The notes under the pieces were generated by a model. That model worked only from the letters and a program-made list of their open reading frames with translations. It did not search any database and was not told the DNA's origin. Both the position numbers and the translations under genes were made by a program. A DNA stretch of 64,000 nt, from the NCBI GenBank assembly GCA_016176465.1, contig JACOXD010000008.1, positions 7,680 through 71,679 on the forward strand, in the 5' to 3' direction. This document shows, one piece after another, positions 21,093-30,275 of this stretch; the stretch's first letter is position 1; every line of letters begins with the position of its first letter. Source of the stretch: Candidatus Daviesbacteria bacterium (lineage in GTDB: Bacteria; Patescibacteriota; Microgenomatia; Daviesbacterales; UBA10151).

Positions 21093-23012
21093 ATGAAATT
21101 TATGAACTTAAACAAACGAATAGAAATGATGGATTCTAAAGCACGTTATAATAAAAGTAATATTAACATGGGAAGAAAAAGAAGCCGCAAACTTATTTTT
21201 CTAAGGGTTTTCATTATCTTATCTTTTCTTTTTGTGGCTATTTATTTACCCATTCGTGGTGTTTATTCTGGTTCTAGATCAATGGTCGCCTCTGCTAAAG
21301 CTATCCAGGCAGCAGCTAAAAATGAAAATTTAGATGATATCAGGAAAAATTTGGAGGAGATGAAGAAATCAGCAGGTGGGATGAACATGTCTTTGAACTT
21401 TTTATTTTGGTTAAGAATTATTCCCTTTGTGGGAGGTTACTACGCAGATGCTAAACATTTTGCTAAAGCTGCTGAGTATGAGCTAGATGCTGCCAAAGTA
21501 ATAGCTGATTCTCTAGATCCTTATAAAAATGAACTTGGGTTTACGGGACAGCCCACACCTGGACAAGATAGAGTTGCTCAACTTGTTAAAATTTTAGATA
21601 AAGTTTTGCCCCAAATAGATAAAGTTGAACCACAACTTAAAAAAGCTAGGGAAGAAGTAAAAAGTATTGATGTTAATAAATATCCGCAAACTTTAGGTGG
21701 GATTAGGTTAAAATCCAGGATAGATACTGCCAGAAATTTTATAATTGGAGCCCACTATGCAGTTACTGAGGCAAAGCCTGCCTTGGAAATTGCTCCCTCG
21801 GCTTTAGGTGAACCCATCGCTAAAAACTATTTAATAATTTTCCAAAATGATAAGGAACTTAGGGCAACAGGAGGTTTTATGACAGCTTATGCATATCTTA
21901 AGTTAGATAAAGGAAGGGTTTCATCTTCTTCCTCTGATGATATTTATAGATTGGATGAGAAATTACTAAGTGTTTGTTTGAGTAAAATTTGCCCGCTGGA
22001 TCCACCCTTACCTATTGTTAAATATTTGCCTGAAGCTACAGGTAAACAAAGAGAGGCATGGAGTATGAGAGATTCTAACCTTTCACCAGATCTGCCAACC
22101 TCAATGAGAGATTTTGAAAAAATGTACCAGATGCTTGGAGAAGGATTACCTTTTGATGGAATAATAATGATTGATACACATGTTGTTGAGGAATTAATTA
22201 AAATCACAGGCCCTGTTGAAGTTTTTGGTACAACTTATTCTGCAGAGTTAGATAAAAGGTGTAATTGTCCAAATGTAATTTATGAGCTGGAAAATTATGC
22301 CCAAATTGTCCAAAAAGGAGAAAAAGATAGGAAAGCTATCTTAGGAACCTTAATGCAACAAATTCTTGCGCGCTCACTTGGTTCATCCACAGATAAAATG
22401 CCTGAGTTTATTAATTCTGGTGTTAAATTAGCAATTGCTAAAAATGTAATGTTTTACCTTCATGACAGCAAAGCTCAGGATGCTTTCTCTAAGCTAAATT
22501 GGACAGGGGAGATTAAGGGCTTCAAAGGGGATTACTTACACATTAATGATTCTAATTTTGCAGGGGGTAAATCTAATCTTTATGTAACTGAGGAAGTTAG
22601 TTTAGATATTAATCTAGAAAAAGGGAAGGTTAAAAACAAATTAACTATAAACTATAAAAATCCTCAAAAATATAGCACTTGGCTAAATGGGAGAAACAGG
22701 GATTATGTGAGGATTTATGTTCCTCAAGGGGCAAAATTGCTTGATTCCAAGGGTTCTGATGTGCCTGTAACAACTATAGAGAAAGAACTGGGAAAAACTG
22801 TTTTTGAATCCTTTATAGAAATCCGCCCACAAAACTCCAGAGTTTTAAGCTTTGAATATGAGCTACCAAGTACTTTTTCAGATAAAGAATATCCTATTTT
22901 AATTCAAAAACAACCAGGGACTAAAGATTTTAAGTATGAGATTAAAATTAATGGAAAGAGTAAGGAAAAATTTGAGCTAAATGCTGATAAAGAACTAATT
23001 CTCCCAATCTAA
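21093..23012 (+). CDS. DUF4012-like membrane-anchored protein
   Basis: FQNDKELRATGGF, RDSNLSPD, YVRIYVP. Confidence 0.75.
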   Translation: MKFMNLNKRIEMMDSKARYNKSNINMGRKRSRKLIFLRVFIILSFLFVAIYLPIRGVYSGSRSMVASAKAIQAAAKNENLDDIRKNLEEMKKSAGGMNMSLNFLFWLRIIPFVGGYYADAKHFAKAAEYELDAAKVIADSLDPYKNELGFTGQPTPGQDRVAQLVKILDKVLPQIDKVEPQLKKAREEVKSIDVNKYPQTLGGIRLKSRIDTARNFIIGAHYAVTEAKPALEIAPSALGEPIAKNYLIIFQNDKELRATGGFMTAYAYLKLDKGRVSSSSSDDIYRLDEKLLSVCLSKICPLDPPLPIVKYLPEATGKQREAWSMRDSNLSPDLPTSMRDFEKMYQMLGEGLPFDGIIMIDTHVVEELIKITGPVEVFGTTYSAELDKRCNCPNVIYELENYAQIVQKGEKDRKAILGTLMQQILARSLGSSTDKMPEFINSGVKLAIAKNVMFYLHDSKAQDAFSKLNWTGEIKGFKGDYLHINDSNFAGGKSNLYVTEEVSLDINLEKGKVKNKLTINYKNPQKYSTWLNGRNRDYVRIYVPQGAKLLDSKGSDVPVTTIEKELGKTVFESFIEIRPQNSRVLSFEYELPSTFSDKEYPILIQKQPGTKDFKYEIKINGKSKEKFELNADKELILPI

Positions 23013-23013
23013 T

Positions 23014-23490
23014 TTATCTGGTAGCTGGCTTTGGCCAGTGAGCAACATATTCCCTTACTGGCCGGGAAAGAAATTCAGCTATAGGGCGATGATCATATTG
23101 TGTGAATCCTCCGTCGCTAAAATCATAAACCCTAAGATTCCACATTGGGTGCCTGGAATAATGGGGAGTTTCTATATAAGCTGTCAATAGTTGCATGCCA
23201 ATTTTGGCTTGTTCTACTACAGTTGGGGGATCCAAAGAAAGGTCTGGATTTCTAACATCTATTAATAATCCTCCTCCTTCTCTAAGTGTTACTTCCATGT
23301 AAATATATCCTCTTTCTTCTGGTTGCCCTGATATGGACAGAAGTAGATGCTTTGGTTTTTCAACAACTGATATCCTGCGGAGTTGTCCGTTTTGGTCTGG
23401 AGCGGTTACCATTATATCTCCTATGACAGATCTAGCTGTTGAAATAGTAGGATTTCCAGTTAACATTTGTTCTACGAGTTCATATGCCAT
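23014..23490 (-). CDS. Hypothetical protein (ORFan)
   Basis: 158-aa ORF with TAAAAT box just upstream. Confidence 0.6.
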   Translation of the reverse strand: MAYELVEQMLTGNPTISTARSVIGDIMVTAPDQNGQLRRISVVEKPKHLLLSISGQPEERGYIYMEVTLREGGGLLIDVRNPDLSLDPPTVVEQAKIGMQLLTAYIETPHYSRHPMWNLRVYDFSDGGFTQYDHRPIAEFLSRPVREYVAHWPKPATR

Positions 23491-23583
23491 ATTCTCAATA
23501 TTTTATCGTATGATCGATTATAATTCAAGTTATAGGTCATTTCCTCTATTGAAGCAAAGATATGCATAAGCTAAACTTACCTC

Positions 23584-23646
23584 ATGCCTGCGATAACTAC
23601 AGAAGGACTTATTTTAAAAAGATCTAATTTTGGGGAAGCGGATAGG
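23584..23646 (+). pseudogene. recO: Orphan 5' fragment of recO (21 codons)
   Basis: MPAITTEGLILKRSNFGEADR vs MPAVTTEGLILKRSNFGEADR at 24757. Confidence 0.9.
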
Positions 23647-23659
23647 GAAAACTTTAGCT

Positions 23660-23708
23660 TTCCAATCCGGGATTATAGGTTCATAATGCATTATAGATTC
23701 ATTATGCA
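23660..23708. repeat. REP-like family R1 (CAATCCGGGATT core) plus imperfect 18-nt tandem
   Basis: Matches 35131..35182 and 45982..46030. Confidence 0.8.
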
Positions 23709-23742
23709 AAAATTTAAACTTTGCTCCAAATTGCAGTTAAAA

Positions 23743-23776
23743 ATCCGCAGGTTACCGCTCAATCAACCCCGGGGGT
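23743..23776. repeat. REP-like family R2
   Basis: 34 nt identical to 40514..40547; ACCCC/GGGGT palindromic end. Confidence 0.85.
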
Positions 23777-23849
23777 GGAAACCTGGAAATCACAAAAATT
23801 TAGTCCCATAGTTTGATCTAATTATCATCTTGGTGTATTATCTACTCCT

Positions 23850-24605
23850 ATGTTTGATAGAGAGATGGCTAGAAGTATTATGCAAGAACTTAAAAAGGCC
23901 TCTATAGCAACTCGTAGAATTGTTGAGGATGGATTTGCAGGAGAAGGCGGGTACTGGGGAGCACGGAGGAGTAGCTTAATTAGCATTCAAGTTTTTTTTA
24001 TGGGTGTATTATCTTTACCCATAAAAACTCATTTAGAAATGTTTAAAGCCCCCGGTGAACAAATATATGGTTTGGATTTAATGGGTGAAGCGGAACATTT
24101 GAGAGATTTAAATGTTAGAGGTTTGGGAGTAACTGTGATTGATGATAGAAGTAGGGCAACAAAACTGGAGGACAATGAAAGAGGTATTACAATAATAGGA
24201 ACAAAATTTGATCCAGAAGCTAAGAAAATTATTGAGCTTTCCGATATTTTCTCCGGAAGAACAAGAAGGAGGATTCGAAGGTATATCAAGGATAATGAGA
24301 TTCCTGGTTTTGATTTAATTACTTGTCGTCCTCTTGGAGCTATAAGTTTGGTTCCAAAAGATGTGAATACAGCTTTTTACTTAGTGCAATTTATGTGGGG
24401 TTTACTAAATCCAGAGTATGGATTACTGTTAACTGAGGTGCCCAAAATTGATCCTGGCTTGGTTAATTCTTGGTCTGAGAGGTTAAATACTGATAGAATT
24501 TGTGCAAAATACAAAGAATTTCAGTTATTGAATCCAGGCATATTACAATTGGTAAAAACTCCATCTTCACCCAAGCATTTATCCTCTATTGAAGTTACTA
24601 GTTAA
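23850..24605 (+). CDS. Hypothetical protein, possible SAM-methyltransferase fold
   Basis: GLDLMG, FDLITCRP, LLNPEYGLLL pattern. Confidence 0.5.
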   Translation: MFDREMARSIMQELKKASIATRRIVEDGFAGEGGYWGARRSSLISIQVFFMGVLSLPIKTHLEMFKAPGEQIYGLDLMGEAEHLRDLNVRGLGVTVIDDRSRATKLEDNERGITIIGTKFDPEAKKIIELSDIFSGRTRRRIRRYIKDNEIPGFDLITCRPLGAISLVPKDVNTAFYLVQFMWGLLNPEYGLLLTEVPKIDPGLVNSWSERLNTDRICAKYKEFQLLNPGILQLVKTPSSPKHLSSIEVTS

Positions 24606-24756
24606 TCTTGTTCACTTCAGTTAGGCAAATTGGTAAAATTTATCCTGACACCTTAAAAGTGTCATCTTAGACTTTTGATACAAAAATAGCTATAGCATAG
24701 TTTTGTATCAGCTCCAAACTTGAATTAGACTCTAACCATGTTTAAACTTCCAATAT

Positions 24757-25395
24757 ATGCCGGCGGTTACCACAGAGGGGTTAATTTTAAAAAGGTCTAA
24801 TTTTGGAGAGGCGGATAGGGTTTTAACTGTACTTACAGATAGGTATGGCAAAATTTCTGTTATTGCTAAGGGAGTTAGAAGGATTACCTCCCGAAGAGCT
24901 GGGAATGTGGAGTTACTAAATAGAGTTAAGCTACATTTATTTAAAGCTAAAAATTATAACCTAACTGAGGCAGAATCTATAGAAACTTTTCCTAAATTAA
25001 AAGAGAACTTAACTCTATCTACAACAGCTTTCCATATTTTAGAGTTAATAGATAGATTAACAGCAGAAGAGCAAAAAAGTCCAAAGTTATATGAACTTAG
25101 TATCTCAATTTTTAGAATTTTAGAACAAAACCCCAGGCAAATTTTTATTAGAGGTTTTGAGGTTAAAATTTTATCTTTACTTGGGTTTTGGTCTATTAAT
25201 GCTATTAAAGAATTAAATGAGGAGCAGAAAAATATTTTGGAAAAGTTAGAATATCAGAGTTGGGAAAAAATAGGGGAGATAGATATTGGCCCCGAGCAAA
25301 GTGATAATTTAGAAAAAATATTAAGGTTTTACCTAGAAAAAATCCTAGAAAGTTCTCTTAAAAGTGTAAAGGTTTTAAAGGATTTAAAGAAGTAA
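24757..25395 (+). CDS. recO: DNA repair protein RecO
   Basis: GEADRVLTVLT...GKISVIAKGVRR. Confidence 0.93.
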   Translation: MPAVTTEGLILKRSNFGEADRVLTVLTDRYGKISVIAKGVRRITSRRAGNVELLNRVKLHLFKAKNYNLTEAESIETFPKLKENLTLSTTAFHILELIDRLTAEEQKSPKLYELSISIFRILEQNPRQIFIRGFEVKILSLLGFWSINAIKELNEEQKNILEKLEYQSWEKIGEIDIGPEQSDNLEKILRFYLEKILESSLKSVKVLKDLKK

Positions 25396-25419
25396 CTTTA
25401 TTTTTGATATTATATCTTT

Positions 25420-25677
25420 GTGAAGATAATCTTTACAAAACATGCTGAGTCAAAATTCCAAATTTTTTCATCTGGAAAAGTTGTTATAAATAAAGAGAAT
25501 GTTCTAGAGACTGTAAAAAGTCCTGATTTTAAGGATATTGAATCAGATAAACCAAAGATTATAGTTAGTAAGGAGTTAATTGATAAGCTCATTTTGAGAG
25601 TAGTCTATAAAAAAGAGCGTGGTATAATTACCATAGTTACGTTTTATCCCGCAAGGAAAGGAAGATATGAAAAGTAG
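25420..25677 (+). CDS. DUF4258 / RelE-BrnT-like toxin
   Basis: FTKHA, LRVVY, IVTFYP. Confidence 0.65.
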   Translation: MKIIFTKHAESKFQIFSSGKVVINKENVLETVKSPDFKDIESDKPKIIVSKELIDKLILRVVYKKERGIITIVTFYPARKGRYEK

Positions 25678-25921
25678 TCAAAAAATTAGTTACGAACCAA
25701 AAGATGATGTGTTAAATATTTGGCTGTCAAGGGAGCCTATTGATTACGCTGAGCAAAATGGTGATGTAATTGTCCACTTTAGTAAAGATAATGAAGCAGT
25801 TTATATAGAGATTCTTGATGCCAGTAAGATGTTAAAAGATTTAAGTAAAACTATTCCCAGTAATCTTAAAAAAAGTTGGTTTAGTATACCTACTTCTTCT
25901 ATAGCGCATAGAATTAAATAA
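25667..25921 (+). CDS. DUF2283 family protein (putative antitoxin)
   Basis: YEPKDDVLNI, IEILDASK. Confidence 0.75.
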   Translation: MKSSQKISYEPKDDVLNIWLSREPIDYAEQNGDVIVHFSKDNEAVYIEILDASKMLKDLSKTIPSNLKKSWFSIPTSSIAHRIK

Positions 25922-25925
25922 ATTC

Positions 25926-26156
25926 GTGAAAAACAAAATTCAATATAGCGATGAACCAATTGAGGCAAGAGTAATAACTGATTTTTTACCAAGCCCTGAA
26001 AATTTAGTGCTCAAAGAAAAAAAGAAGAGAGTCACAATAACTTTAACTGATAAAAGTTTAGACTTCTTTAAAAAAGCTGCTAAAAAACATGGTGCTTCTT
26101 ATCAGGCAATGATAAGAAGGTTAATTGATTTCTATGTAGCTAACCAAAGAGTCTGA
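25926..26156 (+). CDS. CopG/BrnA-like antitoxin
   Basis: DFLPSPENL, VTITL, FFK, YQAMIRRL. Confidence 0.75.
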   Translation: MKNKIQYSDEPIEARVITDFLPSPENLVLKEKKKRVTITLTDKSLDFFKKAAKKHGASYQAMIRRLIDFYVANQRV

Positions 26157-26321
26157 ATCATATTAGAAAAAATGACTTTGTGGTGGGAAAGGAATTGGCA
26201 TCGAGTTGTAAAAATTCTTATTATACTTTTTTTATTTTATCTTTGGTTGAATTAGTCCAAATAATCCCAGATAGCAAGCAGATTAATTGTGTTACAAGTG
26301 TCTTAGTAATAAAATGCAGAT

Positions 26322-29300
26322 ATGTTCAAGAGATATTTAAACGCAGTTTTTGAGAAATATAACACCGGTGAGGCTAGTGAACGGAGTTATTATTCATTAC
26401 TTGAGGAGTTGCTTAAGAGTTTCCAAAAAGATACACAAACAATTGTTGAAGCAAAGAAGTCGAGAGTTGGAATTCCTGACTTTAAAGTGAAGACTGAAAA
26501 AAACCTTTTAGTTGGTTATATTGAAGCTAAAGATTTAAGCAACGATTTAGATAAACTTGACAATGTAGATAAAGAACAAATAGAGAAATATAAGAAAGAA
26601 TACCCAAAACTTATAGTGACTAATTTTATTGAGTTTAAGCTATATGAAAATGGTGAATTAGTTGATTCTGTCTTTATTACTCAACCAATAACTCGTCAAA
26701 TTGGAATTCCAGCATTAGATAACGAAGCTAGGATTAATGGTTTATTTGAAAGATTTTTTTCAACCACAATACAAGAGGTTCATTCTGCAAAAAGATTGTC
26801 TGAGCTCTTAGCGCATAAAACACGAGTGTTGAGGGATTTAACCAGAGAAGAGATTGATCTAACTGATCAAGAAGAAACAGAAACAGAAAAGTTACTAAAG
26901 ACTTTCAAACAGACTCTTAAGCCCGATATGAGTCCAGATGTTTTTGCAGACATGTACGCCCAGACAATTACATTCGGACTGTTTGTAGCCAGAATCAATT
27001 CAGATCACCAAGAGTTTACTCGTCATAGTGCTCATTCATTGATACCTCATACAATTCCCCTTTTGAAAAAAATATTCTGGATTTTATCAGGCCAAGACGT
27101 ACCACAGCACATTGAATGGCAAATTGATGAAATCGCTGAGATTTTAGCAAATACCAAAATCGAAAAAATAACTGAGGAATTTTTCAGTCATGGAAAAGGT
27201 AGGGATCCCATCATACATTTTTACGAAACTTTTCTGTCAGAATATGATTCAAGTCAAAGGGAGCAGTTAGGGGTTTATTACACTCCACAACCAGTAGTTT
27301 CTTACATAACGAGATCACTAAATAAAATTTTAAAAAATAATTTTGGAAAAAGTGAAGGTTTTGCTGACACATCAGTAATATCTCTTGATCCGGCTGCTGG
27401 TACGCTTACTTTCCCTGCAGAAGCTATAGCAATTGCAAAGCAAGAATTTGAAGCCTCTCATGGGAGGGGAGGATGGAATAGCTTGGTGAAAGAACATATT
27501 CTCAAAAACTTTTATGCTTTTGAAATTTTAATGGCCCCGTATGCAATTGGACATCTAAAAATTTCTTTACTTCTTAAGGAGCTAGGTTACGAAATGAGTG
27601 AAGATGAGCGGTTTGAGTTATACCTTACGAATACTCTTGATATGTCCAAATTGAAACTCCAACAGGAAATGTTGGCTGAAGAGATATCAGAGGAATCTGA
27701 GAAGGCATTTGAGATAAAAGATAAAGTACCAGTCCTCATTGTTATGGGTAATCCCCCTTATTCTGGACACTCATCAAATAAAGGTGTGTGGATAGAAAAT
27801 CAAATAGAGGAATATAAAAAAGTTGACGGCAAACCATTAGGAGAAAGAAATCCCAAGTGGTTGAATGATGATTATGTAAAGTTTATACGTTTTGCCCAGT
27901 GGAAAATAGAAAAGACTGGCCAGGGTATTTTGGGATTTATCACCAACCATGCTTGGCTTGATAATCCAACTTTTAGAGGAATGAGAAACTCGTTGATGAA
28001 GTCCTTTGATGAGATATACATTCTAAATCTTCACGGTAGCGCACTGAAAAAAGAAAAAGTTCCAGAAGAGGTACAAGATAAAGAAAAAATTGGTGAGAGA
28101 GATGAGGGGGTTTTTGGTATTCGTCCAGGAACCGCTATTACATTAGCAGTAAAGAGAAATCAATCGAAGGGTAAGTCCAAAGTTTATTATTCTGGACAAT
28201 GGGGACTGAGAAGTAAGAAATTTGAATGGCTTGACAGTCACGACGTTGAACTTACAGATTGGAAACTTATTACTCCAAAGAGTTCAACTTATCTATTTAT
28301 AGAAAGAAATGAAAAGGAGTTTATTACTTATGAGAAGTTTACTTCAATTAGGGATGTTTTTCCTTTGAGTGGAATAGGAATTATAACAGCTCGTGACCAG
28401 TTTGTAATTGATCTTGATAAAAATGCGTTAGTAAATAGGATTAGATTATTTAAATATTCTAAGGAAAATGACGAACAATTGCACCTCCTATTTCAAATTA
28501 GCAAAAAGAAGGGTTGGTCTATCAGGAGAGCTTGGGAAATGTTGCAAAAAGTAAACGATGAGGAAATTAATGATTTAGTCGTTAAAATTCAATATAGACT
28601 CAACGATGAAAGATGGATTTTCTACCACGATTCTTTAGTTTGGAGGACAGTTAAGAGAATTATGTTTCAATTATTGAGACCAAACTTGGCATTGGTTACT
28701 TGTAGACAACTAACTGGTAGTAATTTCCAGCATTCCTTTGCGGTTGATAAATTAGTTGATGATAGTTTTATTTCAAATAAATCTAAGGAAAGAGGTTACG
28801 TCTTCCCATTGTATATTTATAGTGACAAAGGTCAACAAAGCCTTTTACTCGAAGATAGCGATAGAAGGCAGAATATAAACTGGAACTCATTGCCAGAATG
28901 GATGGCAATGATACAGCCTTTTACTTCTCACGCAACAAACAACTTTATTCAAGTTCCAGAAGCCATCTTTTATTATATTTATGCTGTTTTATATTCGAAT
29001 GTTTATCGCAAAAAATATCAGGAATTTCTGAAGTCTGATTTTCCAAGGATTCCTTTTACAAAGGACAATGAACTTTTCCGATCTTTAGCAATTCTGGGAG
29101 AGCAGTTAGTTGAACTTCACTTACTGAAATCAAAGTTACTAGTTAAACCAGTATCCCACTACGAAGGCAAGGGGGATAATAGGATAGGAAAAAGAAACTA
29201 TAATGGGTCATCCCGTGTTTATATAAACGATTCACAATTTTTTGACAAGGTTAGTCCAGAGGTTTGGAACTATTACATTGGTGGATACCAAGTATTGGAT

Positions 29301-29441
29301 AAGTGGTTAAAAGATAGAGTCGGACGAATTTTATCACTTGAAGATCAATTACATTATAGGAAAATGATTACTGCTTTATCTGAGACAATAAATATTCAGA
29401 AGAGAATTGATAAATTTTATCCTGAAGTGGAAAAACTTTAA
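26322..29441 (+). CDS. Single-chain RM enzyme: PD-(D/E)xK nuclease + N6-adenine MTase + Type ISP-like TRD, no helicase
   Basis: PDF...IEAK, GVYYTP, LDPAAGT, GNPPY, IGGYQVLDKWLKDR. Confidence 0.85.
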   Translation: MFKRYLNAVFEKYNTGEASERSYYSLLEELLKSFQKDTQTIVEAKKSRVGIPDFKVKTEKNLLVGYIEAKDLSNDLDKLDNVDKEQIEKYKKEYPKLIVTNFIEFKLYENGELVDSVFITQPITRQIGIPALDNEARINGLFERFFSTTIQEVHSAKRLSELLAHKTRVLRDLTREEIDLTDQEETETEKLLKTFKQTLKPDMSPDVFADMYAQTITFGLFVARINSDHQEFTRHSAHSLIPHTIPLLKKIFWILSGQDVPQHIEWQIDEIAEILANTKIEKITEEFFSHGKGRDPIIHFYETFLSEYDSSQREQLGVYYTPQPVVSYITRSLNKILKNNFGKSEGFADTSVISLDPAAGTLTFPAEAIAIAKQEFEASHGRGGWNSLVKEHILKNFYAFEILMAPYAIGHLKISLLLKELGYEMSEDERFELYLTNTLDMSKLKLQQEMLAEEISEESEKAFEIKDKVPVLIVMGNPPYSGHSSNKGVWIENQIEEYKKVDGKPLGERNPKWLNDDYVKFIRFAQWKIEKTGQGILGFITNHAWLDNPTFRGMRNSLMKSFDEIYILNLHGSALKKEKVPEEVQDKEKIGERDEGVFGIRPGTAITLAVKRNQSKGKSKVYYSGQWGLRSKKFEWLDSHDVELTDWKLITPKSSTYLFIERNEKEFITYEKFTSIRDVFPLSGIGIITARDQFVIDLDKNALVNRIRLFKYSKENDEQLHLLFQISKKKGWSIRRAWEMLQKVNDEEINDLVVKIQYRLNDERWIFYHDSLVWRTVKRIMFQLLRPNLALVTCRQLTGSNFQHSFAVDKLVDDSFISNKSKERGYVFPLYIYSDKGQQSLLLEDSDRRQNINWNSLPEWMAMIQPFTSHATNNFIQVPEAIFYYIYAVLYSNVYRKKYQEFLKSDFPRIPFTKDNELFRSLAILGEQLVELHLLKSKLLVKPVSHYEGKGDNRIGKRNYNGSSRVYINDSQFFDKVSPEVWNYYIGGYQVLDKWLKDRVGRILSLEDQLHYRKMITALSETINIQKRIDKFYPEVEKL

Positions 29442-29450
29442 TTGATTAAG

Positions 29451-29468
29451 GATACAATATATTGTATC
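29451..29468. promoter_or_regulatory. Perfect 18-bp palindrome beside the HNH promoter
   Basis: GATACAATATATTGTATC next to TTGACT. Confidence 0.5.
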
Positions 29469-29505
29469 TTGACTTATTAACGGTGGTATATGTTATGGTG
29501 GAAGT

Positions 29506-29793
29506 ATGAATAGCTTACTAAAATGTCGTTATTGCGGTTGGGTGGGAGGAAAAAGTGATTTTGAATGGGATCATATGGATCCTAAAATTAAAACAGAGTC
29601 ATTTCTGTTAGATTTTCTACAAGGGAAACTTGAACTAATTTGTTCAGGATGTAATAGGCAAAAAAGCGATAAAACTTCACAAGATTATACATTTTGGAGA
29701 TGGTTATTCCCTAGACAGGCAAACTTTGGTCCTATAAGAGCACATACTTTTATGGATACATTGCTCCAAAGAATTCATAGAGAGATTAGATAA
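29506..29793 (+). CDS. HNH endonuclease
   Basis: CRYC, DH, CSGCNRQK. Confidence 0.8.
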   Translation: MNSLLKCRYCGWVGGKSDFEWDHMDPKIKTESFLLDFLQGKLELICSGCNRQKSDKTSQDYTFWRWLFPRQANFGPIRAHTFMDTLLQRIHREIR

Positions 29794-29831
29794 TTTTCCA
29801 ATATTTTTGATTCTATTTTTAAATAATTTTA

Positions 29832-29901
29832 TGTAACCCCAAATTCCACCTGTGTAACCCCAAATTCCACCTGGGAGGTGGATTAGCTTGACACCTAGGG
29901 A
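29832..29901. repeat. REP-like family R3 with 21-nt tandem duplication
   Basis: (TGTAACCCCAAATTCCACCTG)x2-GGAGGTGG...TTGACACCTAGGGA. Confidence 0.85.
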
Positions 29902-29952
29902 TTTAAGAATTTTTTGAGGCTGTTTTGGATGAGTACATATTATAATACTTTT

Positions 29953-30150
29953 ATGGCAATTGATTGGACAAACATTTATAAAAAATATAAGGGCCTTTGG
30001 GTGGCATTAAGAGAAGATGAGATAACTGTAGTTTCCTCTGGGAAAAATGCAAAAGAAGCTTGGGAAAAAGCACAAAAAATGGGCTTTAAAAAACCAATAT
30101 TAATGAATGTGCCTAAAAATTTAACTTATTTTGTCACTGGAACTTATTAA
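29953..30150 (+). CDS. DUF5678-like small protein
   Basis: KYKGLWVAL...VVSSGK...A; TATAAT just upstream. Confidence 0.7.
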   Translation: MAIDWTNIYKKYKGLWVALREDEITVVSSGKNAKEAWEKAQKMGFKKPILMNVPKNLTYFVTGTY

Positions 30151-30203
30151 TCTTCGACAATATCTCTCATAATTTGTGCTAAAAAATGCTAGAATGAAAG
30201 GAA

Positions 30204-30266
30204 TGTCATTCTGACACGTAAGTGAAGAATCTAATTAGATCCTTCGGCCAGAGCCTCAGGATGACA
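30204..30266. mobile_element. Short palindromic MITE/REP-like element in glyQS leader
   Basis: Terminal inverted repeats TGTCATTCTGA/TCAGGATGACA; inner GAAGAATCT/AGATCCTTC. Confidence 0.7.
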
Positions 30267-30275
30267 ATATAAAAT

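Noticed and set aside
23647-23811. Rest of the 75-aa ORF at 23584
   Set aside because: Read-through across REP repeats after the recO fragment
29832-29873. CRISPR array
   Set aside because: Two abutting units with no spacers; no cas genes
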